Assembly: GCA_030704615.1 (NCBI GenBank) | Contig: CM060733.1 | Span: 68,324,001-68,388,000, forward strand | DNA length: 64,000 nt | Direction: 5' to 3' | From: Takakia lepidozioides | Lineage: Eukaryota > Plantae > Bryophyta | Shown: positions 1 to 11,700 of the stretch, piece after piece | Numbering within the stretch: position 1 is the stretch's first letter | Layout of the letters: every line of letters begins with the position of its first letter | The notes under the pieces: generated by a model | Database searches by the model: none | Seen by the model: only the letters and a program-made list of their open reading frames with translations | Told to the model about the DNA's origin: nothing | Program-made: the position numbers and the translations under genes

Positions 1-256
1 AAATCCATCCGTCGGGTGCATCATGAGTTTCATCACGAACATGTTCATCCGGATTTCGGCGTCGAAATCCATCCGTGGCGTGCACAATGAGTTTCACCAC
101 CAACATGTTCAACCAAATTGCGGGGTAGAAAACCATCCCTCGCGTGCAGAATAAGATTAATGAGGAACATGTTTATCCTAATTTCGTTGCCGAAACTCAT
201 CCGTCTCGTGGACCATGGGTTTCATCACCGACATCTTCATCCGAATTTTGGCGCCG
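1..256. repeat. Tandem array of four diverged 64-bp units
   Basis: Units start at 1, 65, 129 and 193 (AAAtCCATCCgt...aacATGTTcAtCC...tttcg), with an exact 64-bp period and no indels. Confidence 0.9.
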
Positions 257-373
257 AATGCAGGACTTCACTGTGGAGCATAAAGAGAGTTCTTGTCCTC
301 AACATGGACGCTCGTGTTTGGGTAAACGTGTACTTCCATCCTCATTCTCTGAAAGCTAAAATACCCTGCAACA

Positions 374-1510
374 ATGGATTTGCAATTGTCACTGAGCAGT
401 ACTTGTGTGTCAAGTTCGGCCTCCGTCCGGGAACGGTGTTCTTGGAAGAGGAGACGAAGGATGCTTATGGGAATTTTTTGGAAAGTGCCGTCATTCTGCA
501 TTGCAGATTTCGGCAACGGCAAAGAATGGCGGCTCCCAGCTTCTCAATCGAGACGGTACAGTGCAATTGGTGAAATCGTGCCTAAAGAGTTCATATGCTG
601 GAACTTGGCTGAGTCTCCTTCCACAAGAGGGACTGGCGTGCAAGATGTGAAGTTTGCCGTGAGGGATGTGGGCACCTCCTCACAAGCAGAGAAGCCGAAA
701 CATGTGAAAAGGGAAACCAAATCGGAAGAGGTGCCGCTCCATCGCTCGTCGGTGGGTGCACTTCGCAGGGAAACAGTCGTCCACAACTTATCCAGTGATG
801 ATGAAGACTGTATGGTCCTTCCATCGTATGTGTCGAAGTCCTCCGTCACTAGGAGTGTGCAGATGTCGGCAGACAATGAGCACACACCCTTGGACTCAAC
901 TTCTGTCCGCTCAGTAATTGACATATTGCGGAGAATGAAGACTGCGGGTTCCCGCTCCAGTGACCTTCTTATGCTTGATTACGACAAAACTCCAATCAAT
1001 TCTGTGGAGACTTTGCCTGAAGTTGTGGATAGGAATGCTATCTACGAGTTCCCTCTAGTGTCGCCTGGCGCAGGCCCCGACGGCATGCTGGCAGGAATGA
1101 ACAGGAAACATGACGGCCACCCATGGTGTGTCACCAAAATTTCCTCGTCCAATCTGGGTGATGGAGTTCGTGTGAGATATGTCTTATGTGTTGGACATCT
1201 GAAATGTTTCTCGAGCACATGTTACCACTACACGAGCAAAGGCACCCGGAATGAGACAGACTGGATTGACAATTCGTCGACCCCATTTTGGCCTCAAGGT
1301 AGAGTTCCTCCAGGAACGTTCAAGTGTGCCCATTGCAACGTAGCCCCAACGTGTATATCCGTGTGCAATGCCAAACAGTATTACGTCGGGACCGTCGGCC
1401 CAGCGTGCACCAGAGCATGCATTCACATCGGAAAGCATGACCACCCCGTCGCTAGAAGCAATTCCAGAATCGCTTTTCAACAGGCCCACGATATTATCAA
1501 AGAGGAGGTG
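374..1510 (+). pseudogene. MULE transposase N-terminal part with GCM/WRKY-type zinc finger, cut by an LTR insertion
   Basis: DGHPW...CVGHLKC...CAHC...C...HIGKHDHP. Its end (HIGKHDHPVARSNSRIAFQQAHDIIKEEV) matches MULE copy 2 (HVGVHYHPLARGNMREAVQEAHDIIKEEV). Confidence 0.8.
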
Positions 1511-2236
1511 TGTCACGCCCCTTTGCCTTGAGGGCGGGGGGTTGAGACACAAGAGGGGCTGCCCCTGTGGTGGGGGCAGTGGCAGCAAATTGGAAAGGGG
1601 GTTGAAGCACCCTTGAGTGCCGAAGGCACTCAAGGAGGCGGTGGCGCTCACTAGGTAGAGCCCCACAAACCGGGTAGCGGTGGTGGGGGCTCCACGAGGG
1701 ATGGTGGTAGCGTAGGGAGTCGTAGTGGGGGTGGCATAGGACTCCCCATGAGGCTGAGGCCTTGTGATGGGAGTCGTGGGGAGTCTTGGGACTCACCACG
1801 GTCCATTGGGGCCGTGGTGGGTGGGCCAAGACTCACCGCGGCTCACCACAGGGACGATCGAGGGTCTGAGTGGTGGTGCACCAGATTTGGACTTGGCTAC
1901 TTGTGGAACCCCCAAGGACACCTACAGAAGTATATATAGGGAGTCATAACCCCGAGAACGGTGCAAGCCCGTTGGTGACCGAAAACTAGTGAGTAAGTGT
2001 GCGAGCCGGAAAGCGACCAAGGTGTGGGGAGCTGTTCCGGACTGCCATCTACCAAAGGGAATTCCACTGAGCCCAACAGGTCGAGGGTCGAGTGGGAGTG
2101 TGAGAGGGACCGTTATGCCCCGGTGAGCAGCCGAAGCTCCGAGTTGGCCCGGGCGGCCAGTTTGGGAGTTAGGCGCGCGCACCAAAGCGAGTAACTATGA
2201 CTTGAAAGGGAGCTTACCGAAGTGAGGTGCGCGACA
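1511..2236 (+). repeat. Family A LTR (726 bp)
   Basis: TGTCACG...CGCGACA termini; highly similar to and the same length as 45382-46107. Confidence 0.93.
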
Positions 2237-2238
2237 CT

Positions 2239-2250
2239 TGGTATCAGAGC
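2239..2250 (+). promoter_or_regulatory. Primer-binding site, tRNA-iMet type
   Basis: TGGTATCAGAGC, 2 nt after the LTR end. Confidence 0.93.
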
Positions 2251-2291
2251 TTAGAATTCAGTACGCGGTTGTCCTTGAGATCGGCGTCACC

Positions 2292-4086
2292 ATGGGGTCG
2301 GGCAAGACAAAGCGAAAGCGGAACGGCCCGAAAGACGATGATCCTGGTGAGCCCGGTGGGGGGCGACGTGTCACTGAAGCGACAAATGGAAGAGGCGATT
2401 TATGCTTCTAAAAGTGAGGCCACTCGAGAACGGGAGACATCTGGAGAGTCGGAGCCCGAGAACTTCCCAGTGGCTCCGCCAGACCAACAAATGTCTCCCA
2501 TTCCAGCAGCCTTTTGGGAAAGGTTGTTGGCGCAGTTTGGCGGGACGTTGAAAGACGTGATGAGGGCGGCTAATGCCACTTCCACTAAGGCAAAGTTTAA
2601 GGTGAAGCCTAAGGAACCCGACATCTTTGAGGGCATCCGAAAAAATGCACTCAACACCTGGCTCTTGGAGCTGGAGCACTACTTCTAGGCGGCCAAGTTG
2701 AGTGACAAGGATCGGGTGGAAGTGGCTCCCACCTATTTGAGGGGCTATGCTCAACAATGGTGGCAGAAGCGCCTTCATGACCAAGGGCCAAACCCAGAAA
2801 TCTTGAGCTAGAGTGGGTTCAAGGAACTTATGAAAAGACAGTTTGTGCCCCCCAACGCGTCTTGACTCGCCCGAGACAAGATGAGGAACTTGAAGCAAAC
2901 GGATGACATTTAGGGATATGTTCAGGCTTTCAATGTGCTGTTGCTCGAAGTCGTGGATATGGTCGAACCAGAAATGGTCCTCAACTTTGCGGTGGGACTG
3001 GTCCCATGGGCCATGGAAGTTGGAGGAGGGGCCACCAAAAAACTTTGAACGAGGCAATTGAAAGGGCTGAATGTTTCTCGGATGTCCCTAGGGGCGAAAG
3101 ACATGGTCGTACGGAGCTGAACCACAAGAAGGTCCAGCGGGAGGGTGACTCCTTGCGACTGGAAAAGAAGTGGGATAGGCCACGCGGAGACAATGACACA
3201 TGGAAATCGAAGGGAGGGCCTTCGCACGTCAAGGTGGCACCCGGTGCTCCGAAAGAAAAATCAGATGCAGCGGCTTATAACGGACAGAAGGCGACCTTTG
3301 ATGGGGTGTGCTTTAATTGCGGGGAGCCCGGGCACATGGCCAAAGAAGTGCGCAAAACCCCGACAATTGAACAAGACTCGGGTGACCACGGAGCTGTCCG
3401 AAGACTCCATCAGCCGCTTGGTGGAGGCGGTGGTCGCCAAGACTGGCAATGTAGGCAACTACTCTTGTGAGTTGTATCAGGAGACATGAGCATTGCGTTA
3501 AGGGAGTCAGTTAATGTTCGTGAGCGGGATAATTTCCGGAACTAACGTGTCGTTGTTGGTGGACACAGGAGCGTCGCACTCCTTTATAACACCGGCAATG
3601 GCACGGAAGCTGGGGCTCCCGACAAATGATGTGGGGGCCTCTATTGAAGTGCGTTATGCCAAAGGAGAACCACAACTGGCGACGAGGGTGGCGTTCGATG
3701 TTCCTCTTCAGCTGGGGAGTTGGGAGGGACGTGAGAATTTCACCATTTGCGAGATCAATGGAGTGGATCTCATTTTGGGGATGACCTTTTTGGGCAAATC
3801 CGGAGCGGTCATAGATGGCCGCAAGAGAATAGTCACGCTATCGTGTGGGAATGGTGGCGAAGTTTTACGGGTGTCGAAAACGCCCAACCGAGTGGGAGGG
3901 CGAATAAACCTGCTGATAGCAAAGGAGTGGGGCCGTGGAGGAGCCGCACGAGCCCCAGTTTTTGCTTTACATGAGACAAGTGGAAGGAGAAGTCGATAGG
4001 GAGCCGAGCCCATATTGGATCAAGGGGATCCTGGAGAAATACCAGGATGTGATGCCAGAGGATTTACGAAGCGGCTTGCCACCGCG
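2292..4086 (+). pseudogene. gag-protease of A1 (stops and frameshifts)
   Basis: PKEPDIFEG...NTWLLELEHYF capsid-like motif, CCHC knuckle, DTGA protease; split over several ORFs. Confidence 0.85.
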
Positions 4087-4350
4087 TGTACAATTCAGGG
4101 ATTCAAAGACGTTCCTGCTGTCCACTGCTGGATCGGCTGCACGCAAGGAGGTGTACACTGTTACCACTCTGAACTTCCTACCTACAACTGTTGCAGTTTC
4201 TTGACAATGGAATCGGAGAAGGGCGCCTACTACCCGTGCAAGCATCTCTACTATATCTACCTGAAACGCTTGAAGTGTATCTCCAGCACACATGACTTCA
4301 TACATACACAACGTTGAGTTACAACGAGGTCATTAAGCTTCTTGGTATGG
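4087..4350 (+). pseudogene. MULE transposase SWIM C-terminus (copy 1)
   Basis: SELPTYNCCSF...YYPCKHLYYIYLKRL, homologous to 29553-29900. Confidence 0.85.
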
Positions 4351-5122
4351 ACACATTACCTTAAGGGACACAAAGTTCAAGATGCGTCCATGTCCATTCT
4401 ATTCGTGTCGAACAGACGAGGTTCTGATAGTATTTGGAAATATCTACTGAGGTTATCGGAAGAGGTTTCATGGGACTTTGCACTCTATTTTGGCGTCTGT
4501 ATTCTAGGTGTTTTGACATTTTCTTTCTTAGAATGACCGTGACCCATGCATGCAGTACCATTTTCGATTCGATTTCTCCATTTTGTATGTCCCAACATGT
4601 ATTTGCCTACCTTACCCCCTATGCCGGAAACAATATTCCATTCGTGGATCCGAAACTATTTTTTTTGGTGGTGTCGAGGCGCACTGTTTTCCTATAACTA
4701 TGCCTTTATTCCAGACTGTAAGTTTCGTGGTTCCCCCTGTCCACTATAACTGTGCCTTTATTCCCATATCGGATATGCAGAAACTAGTGTGTGCACCGTT
4801 ATAGGCATTGTACTTAACGGTCCTTGTGCATGTAATTCCGCGGATTTGGCGGATCCACCTTCTATTTCGGCACAGTTATGTCCACAAACAGCAGAAGAAT
4901 CCATGCGCAGACACATGAAACACAACATTGTTTCCTTACAGTTCTTGGCAATATATTGTAAAAAATAAATTACAATATTATTAATATAATAGGAATTTAA
5001 TATTGGTTTTCCGTACATTGTCGTTATTGGGAGACTCTTGCTGGTGGGCACATGAAACCTGAGTGCGTTGCTTTTGCGCTCACGCTCATGCTCATGCTCA
5101 TGCTCATGGAATAGCAAACCTC

Positions 5123-5691
5123 GATGGAGCCCTGCAACCAGGTTGCGGTGGGGCTCCGAGTGGGGGTGGTCGTAGCATAGGGAGTCATAGTGGAGGTGGC
5201 ATAAGACTCACCGCGGGGCTGAGGCCTTGTGGTGGGAGTCGTGGGGAGTCTTGGGGCTCAACACGATCCATTGGGACCGTGGTAGGTGGGCCAAGACTCA
5301 CCGCGACTCATCACATGGAGTTGAGGTTCGTTCACCCAAAAAAACTTGGGTTGTTTGTGAGACCCCCGCCGACACCTCTCGAAGTATATATAGGGAATAG
5401 TGACCTCATGAAAGGTGCAAGCTCGTTAAGCGACCAAAAGCTAGGGAAGCAAGTTAGCGAGCTGAAAAACGACCAAAATGTGGGGAGCTATTCCGAACTG
5501 CCTATAACTAGAGAATTTTCATTCAGCCCGCGGAGTCGAGGGTTGAGTGGGGGAGCAAGGGGGGGACCGTTAGGTCCCGGTGAGTAGCCAAACCTCTAAG
5601 TTGGTCCGGCGGTCAGTTTGGGAGTTAGGCGCACGTATCAAAGTGAATAACTTGACATGAAGGAGAGTTTACCGAAGTGAGGTGTGAGACA
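5123..5691 (+). repeat. Older, diverged family A LTR (3' part) into which MULE copy 1 appears to have inserted
   Basis: Aligns to about 1655-2236, ends GGTGTGAGACA, and starts immediately after the MULE TIR. Confidence 0.8.
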
Positions 5692-7057
5692 GTCTTAGGT
5701 TCAAGCTCCATCTCCATAACAGCCTAATCCTACAGCTGCGTTGCCTAAGGAAAATCAAATTGATATTTGTGTCATATATGGAGCCAAATTTGCAGGACCA
5801 TTGCATGTGGACTCTGCCACTGCTATTACTCAAGCAACAACTTATGCTCCTCAGCCAAAATGAATGTATGTGGATAAAGAGAGGAAGCAAGTAAGTGGTC
5901 AGACAAAGCTTCCACAGTCCTTTACACTGGCAGAGACAATACCTGCATCTCACCCAATTGTGCCACAGACAGCACTTTTAGTGTTATTCGGAAGAATTCA
6001 ACGAGGTATGCTACAAGCAAAGTGCAGCCAATATGTTGTTGAGGGCGGCTATGGCAATTTGTCAAATCCCATTGTTTTCTACAACGACGATTGCAACGTT
6101 GGAAATTTGACTAGCTATTATGTTTAGACTAGCAACTACTCTTTGTAAAAGTGAGGATGTAATAGCATCATCTGCGGAGTTGGCAAATATGGACCTTCAT
6201 GCAGATAATGGCCTACCTGCCCTTGGCACAAGAATGATAAACTTAAGATATGAAGCCTAGCTTTGAACCAAAAAATAAATGCAGAAAAGAAGATGAGATT
6301 GTAATTGTCCGATGTGTTGGTAATTTAAAGACAATATCCACTTTCTAATACATTGTTTGAAATATCCTCATCAGAGAGTAACCCTCTTCAAAAGTATACA
6401 AACATTGTCCCTACACTTCTGTTCACAAACTTTCAAAATTTTGAGGTTGAGCCAAAAGTCCTGACCCTATTGAGGTCTAATAGTTGGGCAGCTCACACAC
6501 AAGAAGTTCATGCTTGCGTAAAAGGTTGGCTTCCTAGAGGATATTTGGAAAACCAACTTATTGTCTCTATAAAGATAAATCACAATATCGGATTGAGCCC
6601 CTCACAACAGTAGTATCTGTTTTTTTTTTGGTTTCACTCAAAATGGGCGTGGAGTCTACAACCACAAGGCCGTATCGAACAACATAAATGTATGTTGGAT
6701 GTAAACCATTATGGCCAACACAACTTCAAAAAAAATGGAAATTGGGTCAACCAATTAATATATGGCCACCTTAGGACTTTATAACTATAATTTATAGATA
6801 TTGTGGTCATAAGCAATAATCCACAATCGCAATCTCTATTTGTAGGCGGTCACCTCATTTAGATTAGAAATTTTGAAAATAAATTAAAAAAACCCTAGCT
6901 ATTGGCAAGACCCCTCATCACACTGGAAGCAACATCTAAAAATGCAAAGTGTCTAATCTCTGCACTGTAGCAAAGGAGACAAAACCAACAAACAATGAAA
7001 AGACTACAAATACATGAATAAGTTGGGGAAAAAAAAGGTCAATACAAAGAACTTTAA

Positions 7058-7903
7058 CCCTTAACTTCATACATGGTTCATTTTTTGACACCTAAAAATT
7101 ACTACCCATGCCCAGTAAAATGAGACTAACTATCTATCAAAAATCATCCAGAAAAATGAACCTTACACGTAGGTGCGCATCTGGCATGCACTCACCAATT
7201 GTTTCACCCTGAAATGTGGGAGATAATATGGTTTTAGAGAGGATGAATTTTTTGTTTTTGTTTTTGAAAACATGGTTTTTTAGCCTTGACCAATTAATTT
7301 GAGAGGTTTTTAGGTTTTTGTGGAGTGTTTATTCTACATATTCCTAATCTTTGGTAGGAATGACATGTCCATGCAAAAAATGAGGGGCAAATGTCAGGTT
7401 TGGCATGGGGGTGCTTTGTATGTGTTTCCGGGGGGGGGGGGGGGGGGGGGTTTCAAACTACCTTCATTACAAAGATTTAGAATTTGGGATTTGGCCTACA
7501 CAAGATGCTATGAAATATTGCTGAAGTTCCAAATCCCTCTGGTGAGGAAGTGACTCTCTTCACACCTACGCCTTGCTCCAAATAATGCCCACATCCAATG
7601 GTAGAAATTATAAAAATTGACTCCCCAAGTGGCCTGAAGTGCTGTCCAATCAAAGATGGCCGCGTAGCAGTCAACTCTGCGGGGGCCCCCTCCATGCAAG
7701 AGCACATCTCACCCTGAGGTTTTTGGAAATTTCTGGACTTGGCAGACTTTCTCCAAATGGCATGTGCCAATTGGAGATGACCTGCCATGTCATCAGGTCA
7801 TTTATTGCTGAAGAAACGACCTAAAAATATTAAGATAGGCAAAAGTTCCGTTTATATATCATCTTCTATGAAACCTGAAACGGGTTCCATAGGAAGTTAA
7901 GGG
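7058..7903. mobile_element. piggyBac-like non-autonomous element (MITE), 846 bp
   Basis: TTAA|CCCTTAACTTC ... GAAGTTAAGGG|TTAA: 11-bp perfect TIR (13 of 14 bp), TTAA on both sides (7054-7057 and 7904-7907), no transposase. Confidence 0.72.
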
Positions 7904-8608
7904 TTAAATACCATACATTAAATTGCCTTCATCATTAACAACATAATTGATACCAGGTTTGCAGGTCTCCAATTCATGGTCTCCAATATTTTGTTTTGGA
8001 TTTCTTCTTTGTGGCTTCTGTGCAAACACAGCCCCTATGCGGGTCTCTGGTCAGGCCTTCATTTGATACTCCCAGTTCGGGTGCGTTCACCCTTGCTGAT
8101 GCGAGTGTGTGCCTTGTGGCTTGTCTCGGGGATTTAAATTTTTTCCCTTCCAATAATGCGAATATAGTTCTCAAGGGTCCTCCCCAAATAATCATCCCTA
8201 TCAGGAATGCCGTCTTTATGTTGATATGTATTGAAAGAAACATTACAACAATACTCTAAACGTAACGCCAATTTGTTTGACAAAACCCGTATTTCCCTTG
8301 CAACAAATTCTGGGAATGGACTCCAAAATAACTGTCACTTTGGGACTTCTTGTAACTATACCAGGTGAAAGTACATTGGATTTTGAATGGTACAAACAAC
8401 GTCGAAGAAATGTGAAACACTTTAATGGCTTTTCTAAAGAAATAACTGCCTTTGCAGCCTGCAACCTTCAGGATGTTAACCATGTGCGGGCATCTGCTTC
8501 AGCTCCTATGTATGCTGGAAAGAGAGGCAATGAAGACTTACAAAGATAGAAGGACAATGCCAAAGAGACACAAAATACTGGGGACCTGTTGGAGTTGCGA
8601 CGAAGAGG

Positions 8609-8711
8609 CTAGTCAATAACCAATACATTGTTCATGGTCACGCCTTCACCTACTGTTGGCAACTCAGGCGATACTTGCCAGTCTCCATCCACCAGAAACT
8701 TGATCTCATAC
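8609..8711 (-). CDS. PTST1: PTST1 last exon (CBM48 end)
   Basis: YEIKFLVDGDWQVSPELPTVGEGVTMNNVLVID*. Confidence 0.92.
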
Positions 8712-11700
8712 CTTCATACCACCCCATCATTACAAGCCTTCACCTACTAAGAATGTACTCATAAGAGTTGGTTTGCCGTAGCCTTGTGAACATAGACCCT
8801 CCAGCTACTAAGAGATGTCTCATAAGCAGTGGTGGGTTACTCTAGCATAACGAACCTTCAGGCTGTGCACATCCAGAGTCTAGCTCATCGACTAAGTGCA
8901 TATAGTCCATGAGGATCCAACAGTTACATATTATAGTCAGAAAGATCAAGATGATGGGAACGTCCTTGTTTAACCTCTTGTAATCTCCCTCTTATTATTG
9001 TAAGCGACGAACATCTGTGCAGGTTATAATGTGCCATAAAACAAAAAGAATTCAGCATTCATGGTATCCCAGCGGCTGAAATTATGTAAAAAACATGACC
9101 ATGCCCTAGTCGACTCAGTACCCATACTGCCAGTCACATCCTAGTGGCAAGAATAAGCTAAGACTGAAATTATCCCAGGCAAAAGATCCAGAAACCTGAC
9201 AACAACATCATTCATCCAATTGTCTCAGTTTGAAAGCCAGTCTACTGGGAGATACTGTTGCACAGATATACGTTTACTTCGGCACTGATTGCAGCAGGTG
9301 CAGATGAGCCTTCCTAGAACGATTACCTTTCAGTGCATTAGTTTTCAGTTTTCTAAGTATGTACATGAGGCATACTGTAGACGGATATTGTGTACACTGT
9401 ACCTGTCCACACGCAGGATCCTCATGCACGGATGTGTGTGTGTTACGACAAGAAATTGTTGTACTACCTGCCTCTTCATTTTCTTTGTGACATGTTGGTG
9501 TTCTTCTGCTACCTCCTTGGATCTAGAAAGAGGTAGGCATGGGCCATATAAGAGGACAGGGTGGAGGGCAGTCTGCAGGCTGCTTGCCCGCCAAAGTTAG
9601 TCAGAGGGGTTACTTTCAGCACATCACAGAGGTCAGCATTATAGTGCAACACTGCTGATACCCTCAAACAGGACAGTTTGAAGTCGTGATGGGGCTTGTC
9701 TCTTTAACCTCTCTCATTCCATCCTTCTCTTTCCTCATTTCTAACTCTCTTCCTTCTCCAGCTTCTACGCCCCCCTGGCCTTGCTCTGCATCGCAATGGG
9801 TCTCTTTAAGTTTCTGTTGTGAGTGCTTTTAGGGTTCATTATTTCCCATGGCAGTTTCCCCCCAATCTTTTACTAGTACGGTGGTTGCCAAAGGAGGCTT
9901 TGCGCTCTGTTGTTTTTCTGTCCTCTTTTCCTGTTTCATTTGGGAATGGTCATACCTTGCCCTGGTCTGACTTCAATTAAAGAAGAATGTTGGCAGTAGA
10001 AAGAAAAATTCTAGAAAGCAACATGCAGAGAGGTTAGGGGCTACAGTATCAAATTTGACATTTGTATAGTTCCCAACGTCATTAGGGTAATCACACTTGA
10101 TTCATTTTGGGCTCCCAAATATTATATTTGAGACCAAAAATTCTTGGTGTGAGGTGGCCCTTCTAGTTGATTGTTTCCATGTGAACAATCATGATGGCAT
10201 ACCATTAATTAAAAGTAAATGCCGGTAAAAGCAATTACCTTTTGGAAACCGTTGAATGGTGATATGAGGGTTTCTGCCCACTTGGATGCATAAAACTCAG
10301 CTCAAACGCGTAATAAAACACACACACACACACACACACACACAGCCTCAAGTCCTGGTTCTGTAAATGAGTTAATGGAGTGACGTGCAAAGTACCAAAA
10401 TTGGTCTTCATCAAAGAGATGCTCACACGTGGCAACTTCTTGCAAAAGCCAGTATCAGAAAGACACTTGAGCTCTAGAGGTCAGACCTTACTATGGAGGT
10501 AAATTGGAAGGTTTCGAGGTATTCAAATGCAAATATTTCGGTACACACTGGTGAGCCAGGCTTGTATGGGACAAAATGTACTCATAAAATGTTGTTTGCC
10601 ATAGCCTTGTGGCCATAGACCTCGCCCCCAGTTTGGGTGGAACAAAAAGGAATAGAAACTACCTTTGTGAGGGGCTCACTCCGGTAGCGTGATCTTACCT
10701 GGATATAGACAATTAGTTCGGGTTTTCCAGATATCCTCTAGAAAGCCCTTCACACAACCATCAACTTGCTGTGTGTGAGCTGCACAGCAATTAGACCCCA
10801 AGAGGCCAGGGCTTTAGGCTCAGCCTCAAGATTTTGAAAGTTGATGAACAGAGTGCAGAGCCAATGTTCTTGATCGTCCTGAAGAGGGTCACTCTCTGGT
10901 CAGAATATCCCAGACAATGTCTTAGAAAATGGAAATTGTCTTCAGGTTGCCCGCACATCGGGCAATTACAATCTCCTCTTCCTTTCTGCATCTGTTTATT
11001 GTTCAAAGGTAGGCTTCCCACCCTAAGTTTAAATTTCGGTCCAGTGCTGAGAGTAGGTAGGCCCTTCAAGTCATCCTTAAGGTCTTCGCCTATGTCACCG
11101 ACTGGAAACGAGTTCAGAGAAGTTTTAAGCCTAACTTCATTTTCATCAGACATTCTTTCCGCATCAGACTGCATGGCTTTGGACATAACGCTTCTTGACG
11201 ATGTGGAAAGTTGAGGGGGTTTGGGCTAAAGGTGGGTGATACCACCATACTAGCTCTTTGTTTGCGGATGACTTCGCAGGCCTAGGGGATACCCCATCCG
11301 ACCTCCAGGAGCTGATTGATTGTTCGAAGAGGTTCTTTGACCTGTGGAGGCTAGAAGCTAATGCTAGTAAATGCATAGTGGTGGCATTCATCGACTCAAG
11401 TTGGAGTGATTCAATCAGCTAAATGCAAAGCTTTGGGTCTCACTAAATTTTTCCACTCCAGCGGGATTAATACTGAAGTTAAAAGGACCATTTTTTGCAA
11501 CCTTGGAGTACGCATCTGCTGTGTGGGTCGACAATTCGAACCATGCTAAATCTCTAGAATCCATTCAGGTCGCAGTGCTCAAAGAAAGCATGGCGGCTTG
11601 TTCTAGAACAGCTAATGTGGCTGTTCGGGGCAAGTTTGGCATACATCCCTTAAGCTCTCAACGTGATGAATTTAAGGTCAATTGGTGGGGTCAGTTGAAT

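Larger units (their letters stand above)
1511..4086 (+). mobile_element. Chromovirus Ty3/Gypsy family A, copy A1 (5' LTR, PBS, decayed gag and protease; 3' truncated)
   Basis: LTR, then Met PBS, gag with zinc knuckle CFNCGEPGH, protease LLVDTGA. Collinear with A2 up to 4086. Confidence 0.92.
1..5122 (+). mobile_element. Mutator-like DNA transposon (MULE copy 1); left end outside the window; interrupted by LTR element A1 and a deletion
   Basis: Transposase N-terminus at 374-1510 and SWIM C-terminus at 4087-4350. Right terminus ...GCTCATGCTCATGGAATAGCAAACCTC ends at 5122 and is the reverse complement of the MULE copy 2 end (GAGGTTTACTATTTCATG at 28653). Confidence 0.85.

Noticed and set aside
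1-256. CRISPR or coding repeat
   Set aside because: Whole units are homologous with no spacers, and 64 bp breaks the reading frame.
5692-6300. Possible exons of a second host gene
   Set aside because: Stops in the candidate frames and no recognisable protein motif.
7974-8549. Overlapping ORFs on both strands downstream of the PTST1 stop
   Set aside because: No recognisable domain or splice structure; probably 3' UTR or intergenic.
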